From NCBI GenBank assembly GCA_949358305.1, contig OX442314.1:22816001-22880000 (forward strand): 64,000 nt of DNA. The letters are read 5' to 3'. Origin of the DNA: Strigamia acuminata. Lineage: Eukaryota. The stretch's first letter is position 1; every line of letters starts with the position of its first letter. Below, one piece after another: positions 1-13,188 of this stretch. The notes beneath the pieces were generated by a model, which worked only from the letters and a program-made list of their open reading frames with translations, had not been told where the DNA came from and did no database searches. The translations under genes and the position numbers were made by a program.

Positions 1-1659
1 ATGCAAAAAACGAGAAAATGAGGGAACAAAGAGGGAAAAACAAGAGAAGAACGAAAAATAGGATTGAAATTGGTGGAGTAAGACGCGAAACAGGAAGTTG
101 GAAAGCATTCATGACATCACTCATCCCAACAATGCCTCCTCTTCTCACAAGCTGGGCACCATTTGCAGTGCGCAGTCCAGTAGTATTTAAGTCCTCAATT
201 CCTCAATTCTCTGGCTTTAGCTCTAGCCCGATCTACCGTAAAATTTCATCCAATTGTTTCTTTAAAGAAAAAAGATATTTACTGTAGGAACAGAAACTCA
301 CTGAACATCTTCGAAAGCCTATTTTCGAACAAGTAATTGTGATGGCTATCCCTGAAACCTCTTGCAATATTCGAGTTGCGATTAGAGAGGAAAGAAAGGA
401 CGTTATATTGCCTTTCTTTCGTTGTTCAATCTGGTAGTCTGGACTTACAATAGGATGGCTTGCATGGCTGTCGAGGCTTCAAGATTTAGAGAGCGAGTTA
501 TTGGAAAATTCGTGGTCAAAGACCTTTAGCAGCAATAGATCCTGAACGGATGTTAATTGCTCTCATTTGGCACCATCTTCTTAACCCTCGGGTGAGCTTG
601 GTATGAAGACGACACTTTGGTGCACTCAATGTATCTATTTGGGTACATAAAAATTAAATCTGGGAGGACATAAGCAAAAGCGTTTTTGTATATTTTTTGA
701 ACTTGTCACGCGTGATGCTGCTGTTGTGGCGACATTTGCCGAATCACATTTTACCACATACGTATGCCACATGCCATCTGCTGATAGAATCTGGAAGTCT
801 TAAGAAAAGTACTACGTAAGTAAAATTATGCTGGGATTTCTAAGGGGCAGAAATTTCAATGTTGAATAAATAAATGAATAATGTATAAAACACGCCAATT
901 TTTTTTCCGGACGAACTTTATGATTGTCCAAACATAGTCAGAAATTTTTAGCAAAATATAGGAAACCAAAAATAAGTTTTCCTATTTAAGAAGACAGTTG
1001 CACGCAGGTGTGCTGTTGCACCTTGATTGCAGTTTACACCATATTCATTTAAATAACGTATAGTAAATTTATACAAAATCAAAATTGTACAGGAAGGACG
1101 TGTACTGATCGGGTTAATAGAAATTGAACAGGTGGACAAGTTGGCAATGAATTTTTTACTAATTAATTAGACAACTCATAAGTAACATCATTTATTTATT
1201 CATGGAATTATTGTGATTAAATAAATGTCTCTCGAACCATAATTACTATTGCATATATATATTTTTTAAATTAGAAAGTATCCTGACCAAGTTAGTTGAA
1301 AACTTGAAGCTTTTAAGTTTTATTGAACGGAGTTTGAATCTTGCAGCCGCAGCAAGTGAACCCTTAGCCGCATAAAACAACGTTCATCGGGACTTGTAAA
1401 AGGTTTTTTTTTTAAAAAAAAAAAAGGTCAGATTCTTTTAGCCGATGCATCTACATAGATAATGTTTTCGTTGTGCAAACAAACTGAAAATTGGCAAAGT
1501 TTTATAGACATTTAATAGACTTTTAGCGATTTTGGTTTTATAGTGCAATCATCCCTTTGAAACTTTAATCTGAATTTGGTCACAAGAAGAAAAAACAATC
1601 ATCGTAAAAAGGTGTAAGAAATACACAGATTTAAATTTTTGACATCACTTTGATTGCGC

Positions 1660-2135
1660 TACCGAACTCCTGCTTCAATACAACGCTATTGTCTCTTTCT
1701 GAAAAAAAAGGAAAAAAAAAAAAAACCTTAATGTGCCATTTTGTAGGAAGACGTTCGTATTACGTCAAAAGTAGTTTTGTCAATTTGTTTTTCTTTTGTG
1801 TTTTTCCGTTCGGATAGTTCCTTTTTCCTGCACAGTGTGGAGCTTTCGTTCATGTGCTCGAGGTGCATGTGCAGCCATGCACGAAATTGTGGGCAAATAC
1901 TTGACGCGTGCAGCCTGGCAACTCCCCTTTCCTTTTTCTCGAAAGAGCAGGAATTATGTGAATGTCGCAAGTACATTTTGCATCTTCGTTTACCAAATCC
2001 AAATCCTCGCCAACGGAACTGAGATTTGATTAATTTTTTTTTTTTTTTTTTTTTTATTTTGAAAAAAAATTAACGACATATCGATAATAATTTCATTGAT
2101 CGTGTTTAATTGGATTTCGTTGTAACGAGGTTGGG
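1660..2135. mobile_element. Degenerate dispersed repeat/MITE-like remnant, copy A
   Basis: Starts with TACCGAACTCCTGCT (1660-1674, identical at 3027-3041) and ends near TTCGTTGTAACGA (2116-2128, identical at 3381-3393 and 30393-30405). The interior is only weakly similar to copy B. Confidence 0.45.
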
Positions 2136-2546
2136 TCAATTGTGGCATTTTGGACAAATGGTTTTCTGGTCAGAGATCATTTGTAAAACTCACGCTACTA
2201 GAAAATTGTTTTCGGATCTGTGATTGAGTTCATGAAGGGTGTCAGTGACGTCACTGATAGCAACTTACAAATATTTTTTTCTTCTTATTTCTCCCCTGAT
2301 TGAATTGGATTTTCGGGTTAATTCATTTTCCATCGAACCATTTTTCTTTCACTGTCACTCGATTCGAGTTCGAGCGACAAAAAATATATATTTCATCCTA
2401 AACCAAACGTTAGAAATATTACATTTTAATATGTATCATCAAAGGGAATTTGTTATTTCTTTACTTTATTTGCTAGAAAGAACATTGCTCCCCTTTTTTT
2501 CTTTTCTTTCTTTCTTTCTTCTTCTTTTTCTTCTTTTTCCTTCCAG

Positions 2547-2650
2547 TTTTAAAGCGCACCTACTACTACAACTTGATACGACTACGACGATATATTTCCA
2601 CAGATTTCTATTTTAAATTCAAAACGAGAGCAAAATGAGCTTTAAATTTG
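2547..2650 (+). other. Candidate orphan exon containing a start codon (MSFKF.)
   Basis: A long pyrimidine tract ends in CAG at 2546. CAAAATG places an ATG at 2635, and a GTAAGT donor follows at 2651. The parent transcript is unknown. Confidence 0.35.
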
Positions 2651-3026
2651 GTAAGTTTTATGTTCTTAATTAAAATTCTTCACGCATAAACATAGAAAAT
2701 AATTTTTTAATTTTTTTTAAATATAACTAACATGTGGCGCACATGCGCATAAGAATCTTTCATCTCTAATTGTTGCGAAAACAATTGTTGGTTCGTCCAA
2801 TTCCGCTCGAAGGAACTCTGCCAAATAATTCTTCTTGTAACTATAGCAACTGAATTTACTTGTTTTTCGACGACCTTGTAGATAATAAAAAAAAACCTAC
2901 TGGAAGGAGAAAGAGAAGGAAAAAACACCGCAAAAAATTCCAAGAGCGCTTTTAGCGACGAATCAACGAACTAAAAACAATCTCGGATTTTGTTTTGCAG
3001 GGGGAAAAAAAACTGGCGCTCCCCTA

Positions 3027-3400
3027 TACCGAACTCCTGCTCGTACATAATCATTTGTATGTTATTATGACGAGATTTAACAATACTTGATCACGCAACA
3101 GTGGTCTATTTAAACCAAACACAGCTATCGACCGCGAATGCAATTTGACTCTCTCTCTCTCTCTCCCTCTCTCCTTTTTGTTGCGACATAATACGGTCAA
3201 TTTCAAATTCATGCTAATTTTATGTCGGAAGTAAATGTTTTTATCACGAATCACATAATTACACGAAATACGTCCATTTTTCTATTTCTATTTTTAATAA
3301 ATTTAAAATGAATAATTTGTATTTTCTAATTCCAATTTGCACAACAAAACGTTATTAATAATTTGTCGAAACAATTTGAGTTCGTTGTAACGAATGTGTA
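3027..3400. mobile_element. Degenerate dispersed repeat/MITE-like remnant, copy B
   Basis: Has the same 15-bp start and 13-bp end words as 1660-2135, in the same order and orientation. Both also share an internal AATACTTGA followed by a pyrimidine tract. Confidence 0.45.
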
Positions 3401-6400
3401 AGCTTAATTGACCCATATGGGAAAAGTGACTGAGAAATGAGACAAAATGTAATCGCTAAGACGATTTGGTGACAATTTTTTTGCCTGCCTTGGAGCTTTA
3501 GGGGTTGCCGTCACACAGTGCTATTATTGGCTGGCGAGTCCCGAGTCGAATTGTAGCGAGGGTCGAGACGTTGTAGTACGGAGAGGTTCCATGAGTAATG
3601 ATTGTCCGCACTGTGGGATTAGGTGTGATCGCGTCGCTCGCTGTTCACTTGGATTACGCTAATGAAAATTAATTGAGTCTGTTGTGTGCGTCTCTGGTGC
3701 GCATGCGGGCCGCGAGTCGTCTTTTCATTGATTTGTGTTTGCTGCTTTTACCGCCAGTCAGCTCAAACGTTAGAGGAGCGCAGGACACATCTGTATCTAC
3801 TTTTGTTTATGATCAGTTTAACCTGCGTTTGTCTCTACAGCTAAATACAGACACCACAAGTGATCTTCATCAACTTGCAAAGAATTATACCTATCGAGAG
3901 ACGTTTCACGGCTTCCTTAACGTGTGATGTGCGAACCAGAACACGGGACCAATAACTTTGATTCATATCTCGAAGCATCTTTCTTCTTTGGAATTTCGAA
4001 GGGAAATAAAAAGAGAAGAATTGTTGGGTGTGAATCAGTTATTCACTTACATTGTGCTCGCTTGTGTGTGTGTGTGTCATTGGTTTAACGATGTGGCGTC
4101 TGGACGTAATTAGATAGAAGTTGACAAACGTCGACTACGGACCCCATACGACGCGGTGGTCAAATGTCGATTGAGTTTAGAACATTTTTCATTCTCTACG
4201 ACATATTTTGTTCATATATTTATTGCTTGGGTGTGTTCATGGGTGAATTTTAGTCTCAAACATAAGTAATCTTACAGCCGTCTCAAACATTGTTTGCCAA
4301 TTAGTAAATGGATGATAATGTCAGTGCGTTTTAAGTTGACTTAAACGAAAAAGGGAGGGGATTAGAAAAGAGTTTGAGTCTTTCAGACTTCAAGAAGACC
4401 GATTCTCTCGAGGATAAAACATTTTTACAGCACAATTTCTGCTGTCTTAAGACTCTTAAGTTGATTTAATAAGAAGGAAAAGTTCTAGTAATGATGATTT
4501 TAAAAATAGAGCATCGCTAATCCGTAATCCCGTATTAAGATAGGCTCTTGTGTCATATTTTAGGTCGTTAGTGACTTTAAAAATCTTGCTTTTAACTCAC
4601 TTATTCGTATGTCCGAGAACAGGAAATTTATACGCCGAAAGTGAGTGTCGTGGGCTAAATCAAATTTCACACGGTGCCTATTAAGTGGTTAGATTGTGAA
4701 CAGGTCCTGTACCGTCTCGCACACACGCATCAGTCAAATGTGACCTGTGAGTAGACAGGAATAAGTGTGTTGAGTTAGAAAAAGTCGTCCTGCCACACAA
4801 AGTGTTAAAAAATTCAATTTGCGATAAGAAATAAATGTCAAAAAACGTATACTGTAGGTTAGAAGTGTCGATCTCTGATTCTCTCAAGATGGCTGCCAAT
4901 AATCTTACGACAGCACGTTCACCTGCATACAAAACGTTGTTAAAATGCTGAGTTTTCTGGGCTTTGAATGTAAATAATTAACGCACCGCGCAAAGGTTTA
5001 GGAAAGTGACAATGCAGCTCGTGGAATTAAACATTTATTTTTAATATAACAATGGTTAACAACATAAAATCCGACGTTATTACAAAGTTAAAGTCCTTGT
5101 GGCAAACTCATCGCTATACATCGTTTCGATATTTAAAAAAATCGTGGCACTTTGTGTAAATAAAATAAAAAATTCTACTTTGAAATTTTGGAGCTCATTG
5201 TTGACATGAAAGCTGCAACACTTGAGTGGTTATGCTCTTTGCTATGTCATTGTGTGTCGAAGAGTAAAAAAAAAAAAAGGAAGTGGGGGGGTTTCAAGTT
5301 TGAAAAACGACCACAGAAGTGGAAAATTTCAATACTATTTCAAGTTGAACTGTCGATTGGCATTAATTCAAAAGTATTTTTTCTCCCTTTAAAACGTCAC
5401 CAACAGCTAAATACTAAATTTTCTTTTATTTTATTTACTTAGAGTACGAAGTTTAGATTTTAATCTTCTATTAATTTGTTATCGTGTGTGAGATGTTATT
5501 AGCTTTGTTCTGGAATGAGTTTAGTGAACCAAAACTATGGAAACACATACACAAACATTTGACTGCCATTCTAATATTGATATAATAATCTAGCTATAAA
5601 TATATAGTAGTTGTTTTATCTTACAACGGTGTAGGTCAAGTGTTCTGAGTTGGGTATTAATCTTGTTACCTTTAAACAATAAAATACAAATTATTATTTA
5701 CGAGAGAAAGGAGGTGATGTTGTTTATAGTGTGTCAAGCTGGACGCGAATAAGTTTTTGAATCGACATTCACAGTCAAACATCAATTTCACATCAATTTA
5801 ACAAATGGAGTTTGTGAAAAATGTAGTGGCAATTACTTTTGTCCACTAAATGGTTTAAATAGAAAAAAATTGGCAAGAATTTGTTGATTTTTAAGCGTTT
5901 TCGCAGTAACTAATACACGTTGAATGCAAATAGTGATTTTTGTATTGTCTGGTTTAATTAGTAACAAGATTAACAGCAGTCAGCGCCGTTTGACCTTTAA
6001 AGTTTTCTATCACTCTTTTGAAATTAATGCAAATGCCAATTGTAAACATTTAACGGGTAAAAGTTTATTTAGTTGTGTGCAATCTTACTGTCTATATGGA
6101 CCATAAGTGTTTCCGTTTGTCAGAACAATAGTTGTAACTGCAGAGTTTATTTGTGTTTGACGTTAGTGGTTCGCTTCGTCGGTAATGATCATTTCTAGTA
6201 GAAATCAGTTGTCTGGGGTCTTCGGGGAAATGAACATGAAACAATGGCGAAATAAAAAGAAAATTGCATTCGCTTGCAAATGAGCACAAGCCACTCAGCT
6301 TCGTCGCTTATAGTGTTTGCATCGCAAATTCAAATCGCCTTATACTTTTTCTTGTGCACACACATTTGTCTTGAACAAGGACGGATCTCAAGCTGTTTGC

Positions 6401-7594
6401 GAGACAGAAATAAGAAAGAAATGGTTCAGGTAATTAACCGCTAATTGGAATCGCTGAATTCTGCCTCGTTAGAATAACAAAAATGAAAGGTTTGGCAGGA
6501 ATACCAAACCACACATTGATTAGCTAAAAGCTCAACTGCTGATGAATTCAAGCATCCTCATCCGCTGGTCTCTGCGAGCGTAGAAGTGCTTTGATTGCTC
6601 GTGCTCGGAGTTCGAGCTCCAATATTTCCATTTGCATTTTCGTTAAATTGCTCGATATGTCTTGACCAGAACCCGCTTCTGTTTCTTGTGCACATGTGGC
6701 AGTTGGTGGAACATCTGCGAAAGAAATAAAACGTGGCGTAAGAATTTGCTTTTCTTTTCCCCTCCTTCGTTTTAATTAGTAAATTTTCGTGTAGGAATGC
6801 ACATTTTTGACTCTCCTACAACCAAGAATTCTCAATAAAGCACCTAACTTTGACAAAAACCACATCTTTAACCTTTTTATTACACCGGACTGAACTTTAG
6901 GCTTACCACGTTAAAGTTCAGTTGTTGTGCACACTACTTTATAAACATTTTCTTTATCCTACAACAACGTGCACACAATTTTTACCATTCACATGTGACG
7001 ATGACGTACCGGCGCAAGTAATTAACATACTTGGCCAAAACTAGTCAAACTTCCTATGTTGTGATAAGGTTAACATGAGAAAATAGTGAACTGTGCAATT
7101 GAGGTATGGCTTCGGGTCCTGGTTTGAATCTGGTGTAATGCGTTGTTATCCGAAAGGTACGGTTGGCTTTTCTGCATCACCACAACTTTGGATGGATATT
7201 GGTTTAAATAGCTGTGTTCAAGTATTTACCAATTGACCACTTATAAATATAATAATATTTATAACTGGTGTTTAGTTGTCATCAAATGGGGATTATTAAC
7301 AAGTAAACTGTGATCAGGTTACTGTGTATAATTCTGGTTCCGGTTCGGTTAGTGTAAATGGTATTTCATTCGCACATAACTGAATACAGTAAGCTATATG
7401 TTACGAATGCATCTATCTCTGGAGGAAGTATCCGATTCAAGCATAAACTGGTTTATGACATGATAAAGCTGGAAATATAACTAACTAAATTGTTTTACAA
7501 TTTAGTTGGCTAAATCTTGATTTGTTTTCACTAAGCTGTTCAGCAGCCTTAGTTTACCAAATCTGGAATGCATTAAGGTATTATAACTGTTGAA

Positions 7595-7870
7595 TTATAT
7601 CGGGTTCAATGGTCAACGCCACTCAACACCGGACACGATCTACAACCATATCAGACCGGACGGTAAATCTCACACCGGGTGCGGTCTCCTCCTATACCGA
7701 GCCCAATGGTAAATATCATCCATCACCGGACACAGTCTCCCAGTATATCGAACCCGATGGCCCTAGTCATCGCCGAGTGTGATCTACAAATCTTTATCAT
7801 GTCCAATGGCAAACGCCCATCACCAGACACGATCTCCTCACGACCACATGGCCGTCATCGGGCACCTGGA
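7595..7870 (+). repeat. Degenerate 46-51 bp minisatellite, probably a decayed peptide-repeat coding sequence
   Basis: Anchors of the CACCGGACACGATCT type occur at 7627, 7673, 7724, 7771 and 7821 (spacings 46, 51, 47, 50). Units read roughly (S/T)PDT(V/I)(S/Y)xYIxP(N/D)G on +, with frameshifts between units. Confidence 0.6.
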
Positions 7871-10486
7871 CGTATGGCATTATATCACCCATCTCCAAGT
7901 CAAGTGTACGACGTTGTGGGTTTTCATAGATACACAGCTTTACAGATGAAAGGTGCTTGCACAAAATGTTGTGCAAGCGGGCTCAAGTAAGTATAGGGTT
8001 TCCAACAAATATCATGACAAGAGCGAGTAATTTCCGGTTTGTAGGGAAATATATACGCTGACAGGATTACTAGATTAACCATTGCCCCAATAGGGACATT
8101 GGTCTCCAGAATCCTTACAATCCTTGAAGACAGGAACATCATACACAGAACCTAGCTCTCTTTTAGGAGAAAACAAGAACTGGATACCTAGGACACTTTC
8201 GAGATTAAGTCTTTTGACTTAATCCGAATAGGGTCTGAACTCTGTGCAGATGGGCTCAGGCGTCATAATCTTTTAATCCAGTTTTATGATAAATTCAACG
8301 AATATTATCAAAATAGAGCTAAAATAAATGTTACGTAAATAAATATATTATAAAAGTGCGATCTGACGTTAAACTAACATAAGACACGATTTTATGTAGT
8401 TTACTTTCAAGTTGTACCATTCCTGTTAAATTTACCGCTAAATGATCGAAAACGCCATCTATTGGCAAAATTAGTCATTTATTTGGGATAAACAGTGAAA
8501 TGTGTGTGACGGTTATGCTGTTTATTATCAAAAATTGGGTCTTTTAATATTACCATTATCAGTTGCGCTGTCCCGTTTAGTGCAAATTAAACTTAAGCTT
8601 ACAGTTATTTCTCTCATGCCTTGTTTGTGTTCACCCTTTGAAGTCTCATGCTTCTGTTCCAGTATTGGATCCAGATGCCCAACAAGTCAAGAAGACCTTT
8701 TATACTATTCCTTTGGTTTATTAGAATAAGGTTATTAAAATTTCTACACAATTTCAATAAGGACAATGAAAATGTTGCTGAGAGATGAGCTACTCGTATG
8801 GGTCCCTCTTGGTGTTCACAGGCCCTAATCACTTTTACTCCGAAATGTCATTTTAGAATTATTTTCGAAAATGTTTTCAAGTTTTAGTTCCATAATCTGT
8901 TATTCTTATTTTTTAAAGAAATCTTTCTATTTTTTTTTACCTTTCTTCGTGACACTCAAAATTTCTAGGACTCTAGAAACTGTGCCTAAAGTGCATAATG
9001 GGAAATCCGTCCCTGTGTGCAAAATAGGGTCGTGCACTGATCAATAATAGGCTTCATTGGCAATGCTAATAACTTACAATAATGTTCGCAAGCATAATTA
9101 GAAAGGACCTGTAATGCTCTTGAGAGATATAACAAGCAGGGTAGAACTTTAAAATAACATGCACAATTTTATCCCAAGGCATCTAAGCTGAATAAATGAC
9201 CCTGTTTTAAATTAGTATTTATGATCCTAAAAAGGAACGTATTTACAATTCAAAACTCCATTAAAACACATGAGACCAAAACCATAATTTGGCACTTTAT
9301 AGCTCAGTATTATTATTCAAGCAATGCTTAAAGTTATACATGAGTACTGGTATTAAAGATGCAACATTCCAAGTGGGATAGTTTTAAAAACTAAACGATT
9401 AGTTGCATCGAATCTCATTTTAATGCGTTTCTGACATTGGAAAATATAAATAAGTGAATTTATCTTCAATTCGAACCAGAAGTCTCGAGACATTTAACTG
9501 ACATACATCTGGAACACCAATCTATAAAATATGAAACAAAAAAAAAATAAAACCTTTAAAAAATTGCTAAACAAGAGCATGAATTAAAAACGCTTTCATT
9601 TCCAGCGTTTTTCTTCTCGTTTATTGCATCTTGGGAGAAACGTCAAAAATATTTTCTGTTTTTGAATGTGCGTTATTGTATGGGAATGACAGATTGGCAG
9701 TTGGTATACTCAGATAAAGAAAAATATAGTGACGAATTCAACGAGAGTTGTTTTGACGTTTTGGTCTTTAAGCAGATAGCGAGACAAGTGTGGGCGGCAA
9801 GAGTTTAACTAACATGAAGAAGATGAATGGGAGTTTGTGATTTTCACAAACATATATGTTCAGTATTTGAAATTGTTAGCATTAAAGCTGGATGCTTTCC
9901 ACCCCCACCAAAACGTATACACATTATAAATTTCACAAATATTTATCTCGTGGAATTTACAATTGCAATATCCCCAGCCCAATAAGGGATGCTACAAGGT
10001 AAGCAGTTTTATCTTGCGCACCAAAGTATTTTATGTGCAGTGGTTTCGGAAGTGCTTGGCAACACTACAAATTACGTTCATTCGCAGCACGAATAAATTG
10101 CAAAATGTTTATTTGGCCAAATGCTAATGTTGCTTTCTCAAGTCACCGGCCTTCGCTAAAGCGGCGGCCAATAAATTACTTGGTTATTACACATTTCCCC
10201 AGTCTGATTATGAGTTGGAATTCTAAATAATAAAAAAAAAAAATGTCGATGTAAAGCAGCTTGGCATCCAACTGACACGGGGCGTGCTTCAAAATCTTTC
10301 TTCCTCTCCTCACTCCACCAGGTGGAAGGAGCGACGGATATGCCAATGGGTGCCGTTAGCTTCCTCGAGAATTCTGAGCCAGTTTGAGCGCGCAAAATAC
10401 GAGGACATAACTGTCAACCCCGTTTGGTTTGAAGGAGCCTTTATTGGGAGTCCCTTCAGAGCGATCTATAATTCTCGTCCACAATA

Positions 10487-10540
10487 TCTTCTCTCTCTTT
10501 CTCTCTCTCTCTCTCGCTCGCGCGCGCTTTCGTTCTCTCT
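10487..10540. repeat. (CT)n/GAGA microsatellite followed by a CG run
   Basis: Read directly from the sequence. It explains the ERERER and SLSLS ORFs in the track. Confidence 0.8.
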
Positions 10541-11470
10541 GGTGCTTCTCGGTTCTGGCCCCCAGAGGGCGGTAAGAAGCAAGGAGAATAATAAAAAAGA
10601 AAAACGGAATAAAGATGAAAATAAATTGTTTATCTGCTGACAATTTTTATCGGCTTCAAACGCGACTAAAGGGACTTTAGACGACACGCTCCGACTTATA
10701 ATTAGCATTAGTTTATATTAGTGTTCTTAATTCTGTGGAGAGGATGGCAAGATTGAAAACGATACATTTCGCCGAGGCCTCTTAAGAGCTTTAAATTAAC
10801 CAGTTCTTGAAACTTGGGAACGTAATCATCAATTCTTAACGCTGCAGAAAAAGGTAAATAGAAAGAATCTATGCTTGTCAATTCTCTTTTGCATTCTTAA
10901 TAGAAATAAGAATTGCCGTTACAGTTTGAAGCGTTTTTAAACGTAATTACTTTAATTTGTTTACGACACGGAGTATCTGTAGATCCACGGCTCTGTTCAG
11001 AGGGCAAATGAAGGGTACATGGAAGAAATTCTTTCTATTTAATCACACATTTGCATTTCCTGATAGGTACCGCTGGAAAAAGTTGTTAAAATGTGGATAA
11101 TTACCATTATAGGAAAGAACAAAGCGATATTCAAAATTTCACATAACATATTTGCACATGTTATCCACATTTCAATGAGACAACAATGGGAGAGAGAGAG
11201 CTGTTATTGACAGGTGAATAGAGGCAAAATTTTGGCAAGCAATGAAAGAGTAATGTATAAGTGGAACAGCATTGCTAAAATATCATTCATTGCTTGCGGA
11301 ATGGTCTCAATTTAAAATCGCACTGCATTAAAATTAATCATCATTTAGCCTACTTATAAGCACGAGGATTATTGGCTTCTAGCTTCAACAACATCATTTA
11401 TAATGTTATAATATATGAATGCTTTATTTATGTGCCATATTTGTGCGTTATTCAAAGAACTCCGATGTTT

Positions 11471-11611
11471 AACACTAAGCTGCATTCAAAAACTAAAACA
11501 TTTTGTGTTTTAGTTCAATTTTAAAACAAAAATGACATCATTTCCTGTTTAAACCCATGTTAAAACTTAAAATACATTTTTTTATTTTAGTTTTTGAATG
11601 CAGCTAGTGTT
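11471..11611. mobile_element. Small fold-back element/MITE, superfamily unclear
   Basis: Perfect 21-bp inverted arms, AGCTGCATTCAAAAACTAAAA (11478-11498) and its reverse complement (11585-11605), extended outward by AACACT...AGTGTT. The target-site duplication is ambiguous. Confidence 0.7.
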
Positions 11612-11963
11612 TAAGACAACGCTTCTGAAACTATTTAATGTAAACAGACCACTATTTTTGTCTCAATGTGTTACGGACCAATATCATATTTTGTCCCAAT
11701 GTGTTACGGATCGGTAAGCTAATATTGTTTTAACGGTTAAGTGGCGGACCGGCAGCCTCTTGCTGTTGTAAGAAGTAACAAAATTACAGGAAGAAAATTT
11801 TTTAAAGTTTGAAGATATGGTCAATGCGTTTTAGAAATTAAACATACATACCTGCAAGTAACATTTCTACGTCCTCGGATTCTGGGAAAAGATCTAAAGC
11901 TTCTGTTTGATCTGCTTCAGGATAACTATGTGTAAAGAAAAAAAAAAGTGATGAGTGGACGTC

Positions 11964-12436
11964 TGTCGCCATCTAGTGCCGAACAGTAAAAGTTCATTTA
12001 AAAACTTTCTGAAATTGATTGCAGATGGCAACGCTGTGGTTAAGTATTGATTTTGTCATCAGTATTAATATTTGTTTTTGTAATGTTTCAGATTGTTAAA
12101 TGAAAGAATATTTTTCTTTGGAAAAATGATGCACTATTGTGGTCCGATTGTGGTCAAGAAGAATCGTTCAAAACTCCATAATTTAATAAATTCAACTTAC
12201 ATTTGATGAGCAATTGTTTCTTGTTCAGTAGATGTTGAATCTGGTTGATTGACTTCGTGTTTTGTTCTGTCTCCTGGATCTAATTTTATATAACCAAAAA
12301 ATAATAGGAATAATAATCGTGTGATCGCTGGTATTTTAAGTTTTGTTTCTACACAATAGATGGCGGTAATGGCTTAAAGATGCAAGAAAACAAAAAAAAT
12401 GTAGAATAATTTAGTTTACCGACACCTAGATGGCGC
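11964..12436. promoter_or_regulatory. Cluster of CTCF-like motifs (candidate insulator/boundary)
   Basis: TGTCGCCATCTAGTG (11964, reverse), GCAGATGGCAAC (12021), CAATAGATGGCGG (12354) and CACCTAGATGGCGC (12423) resemble the CTCF core CCACYAGRKGGCR. Confidence 0.55.
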
Positions 12437-13021
12437 CACCATAACAGGACCGTTGCTGAAAGCAAATAAAACTTCTTTTGGTAGGTTACAAGGTGAGGTT
12501 AGCAACCAACGTTTGATGATACGGACAGTTTGGTTGACACAAAGATTACGAAATTTATTATGGGTAATGTAAAAATTAAAAGTTATTTTACATTTTACAG
12601 TTGAAGTTGGCTATCGCGTTTTAAAAACGCCTATATCAAATAATTGCTAATTTATTCATGCAATACGCAAGTCCCATTCAAAGTGATCACTAATCAAAAT
12701 ATTAAACCTTCCGAAAGAAATTTTGCTTCTTTAAAGTTAGTTTGTAACAAAAAAATAAATAATAACAAATATCTCTCATAGGAATAACACGGAACAGAAC
12801 AAAAAGCGGTCTAAAAGTGCAAACTTCACAAATTGACCTACTTTATTTGATTCATTCACAAAATTGTCCATTTTCAATACTCGGCATCAATTACAGAACA
12901 CTAAATGGTTAAACCAAACAATTGTTCGGTGTTGTTTGGCAGCTGAACGAGCCATAAACATAAATCACGTGGTACAACAAAAACCGGTTGTACCCCGTTG
13001 AACACGAGAGGCTCATTTTGG

Positions 13022-13188
13022 ATGCCCCTCAGGGGGCAGATGGCGAGCAGCCACAAGGTGAGCCCCATTCATGCACCCGAGGTGCCCATGTCATTGCGGG
13101 CAGGTAATTTAGTGAGTGGGCAGGGAGAGGAGACAGGTGCAACCAAAGGAGCGGTGGGTCAAGCCACTCGTGCGCACTTTCAACTGGG
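13022..13188 (+). other. Candidate alternative first coding exon of the zinc-finger gene
   Basis: GC-rich patch. The ATG at 13022 stays open to a GTAAGT donor at 13189 in phase 2, which matches the acceptor at 35467. Confidence 0.3.

Noticed and set aside
18..287. 89-aa ORF at the window start and other 60-125 aa ORFs in AT-rich DNA
   Set aside because: No domain, coding-like composition or consistent splice context; many are poly-F/poly-K from homopolymer runs.
921..933. TGATTGTCCAAAC, matching the 5' end of miR-219
   Set aside because: The 3' half diverges and there is no complementary arm downstream.
1284..1426. tRNA/SINE-like A-box and B-box (TGACCAAGTTAG...GAGTTTGAATC); a similar B-box near 7117
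   Set aside because: No cloverleaf can be formed and the boxes are too degenerate to call without a repeat library.
2155..2183. Short hairpin containing bantam-like GAGATCATT
   Set aside because: Only about 29 nt, too short for a pre-miRNA, and the 3' part does not match bantam.
7627..7840. Repeat-spacer-like look of the 46-51 bp array (CRISPR?)
   Set aside because: The intervening segments are homologous to each other, the repeats are degenerate, the context is eukaryotic and there are no cas genes.
7940..8494. Minus-strand Cys spacing resembling BEL/Pao gag knuckles, and a TGT...ACA LTR-like segment (8494-8329)
   Set aside because: It needs several assumed mutations, has no second LTR, PBS or pol, and conflicts with the + strand reading of the adjacent repeat.
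8984..9015. Solitary hAT-like terminus (reverse complement CAGGGACGGATTT...)
   Set aside because: No partner TIR or target-site duplication was found.
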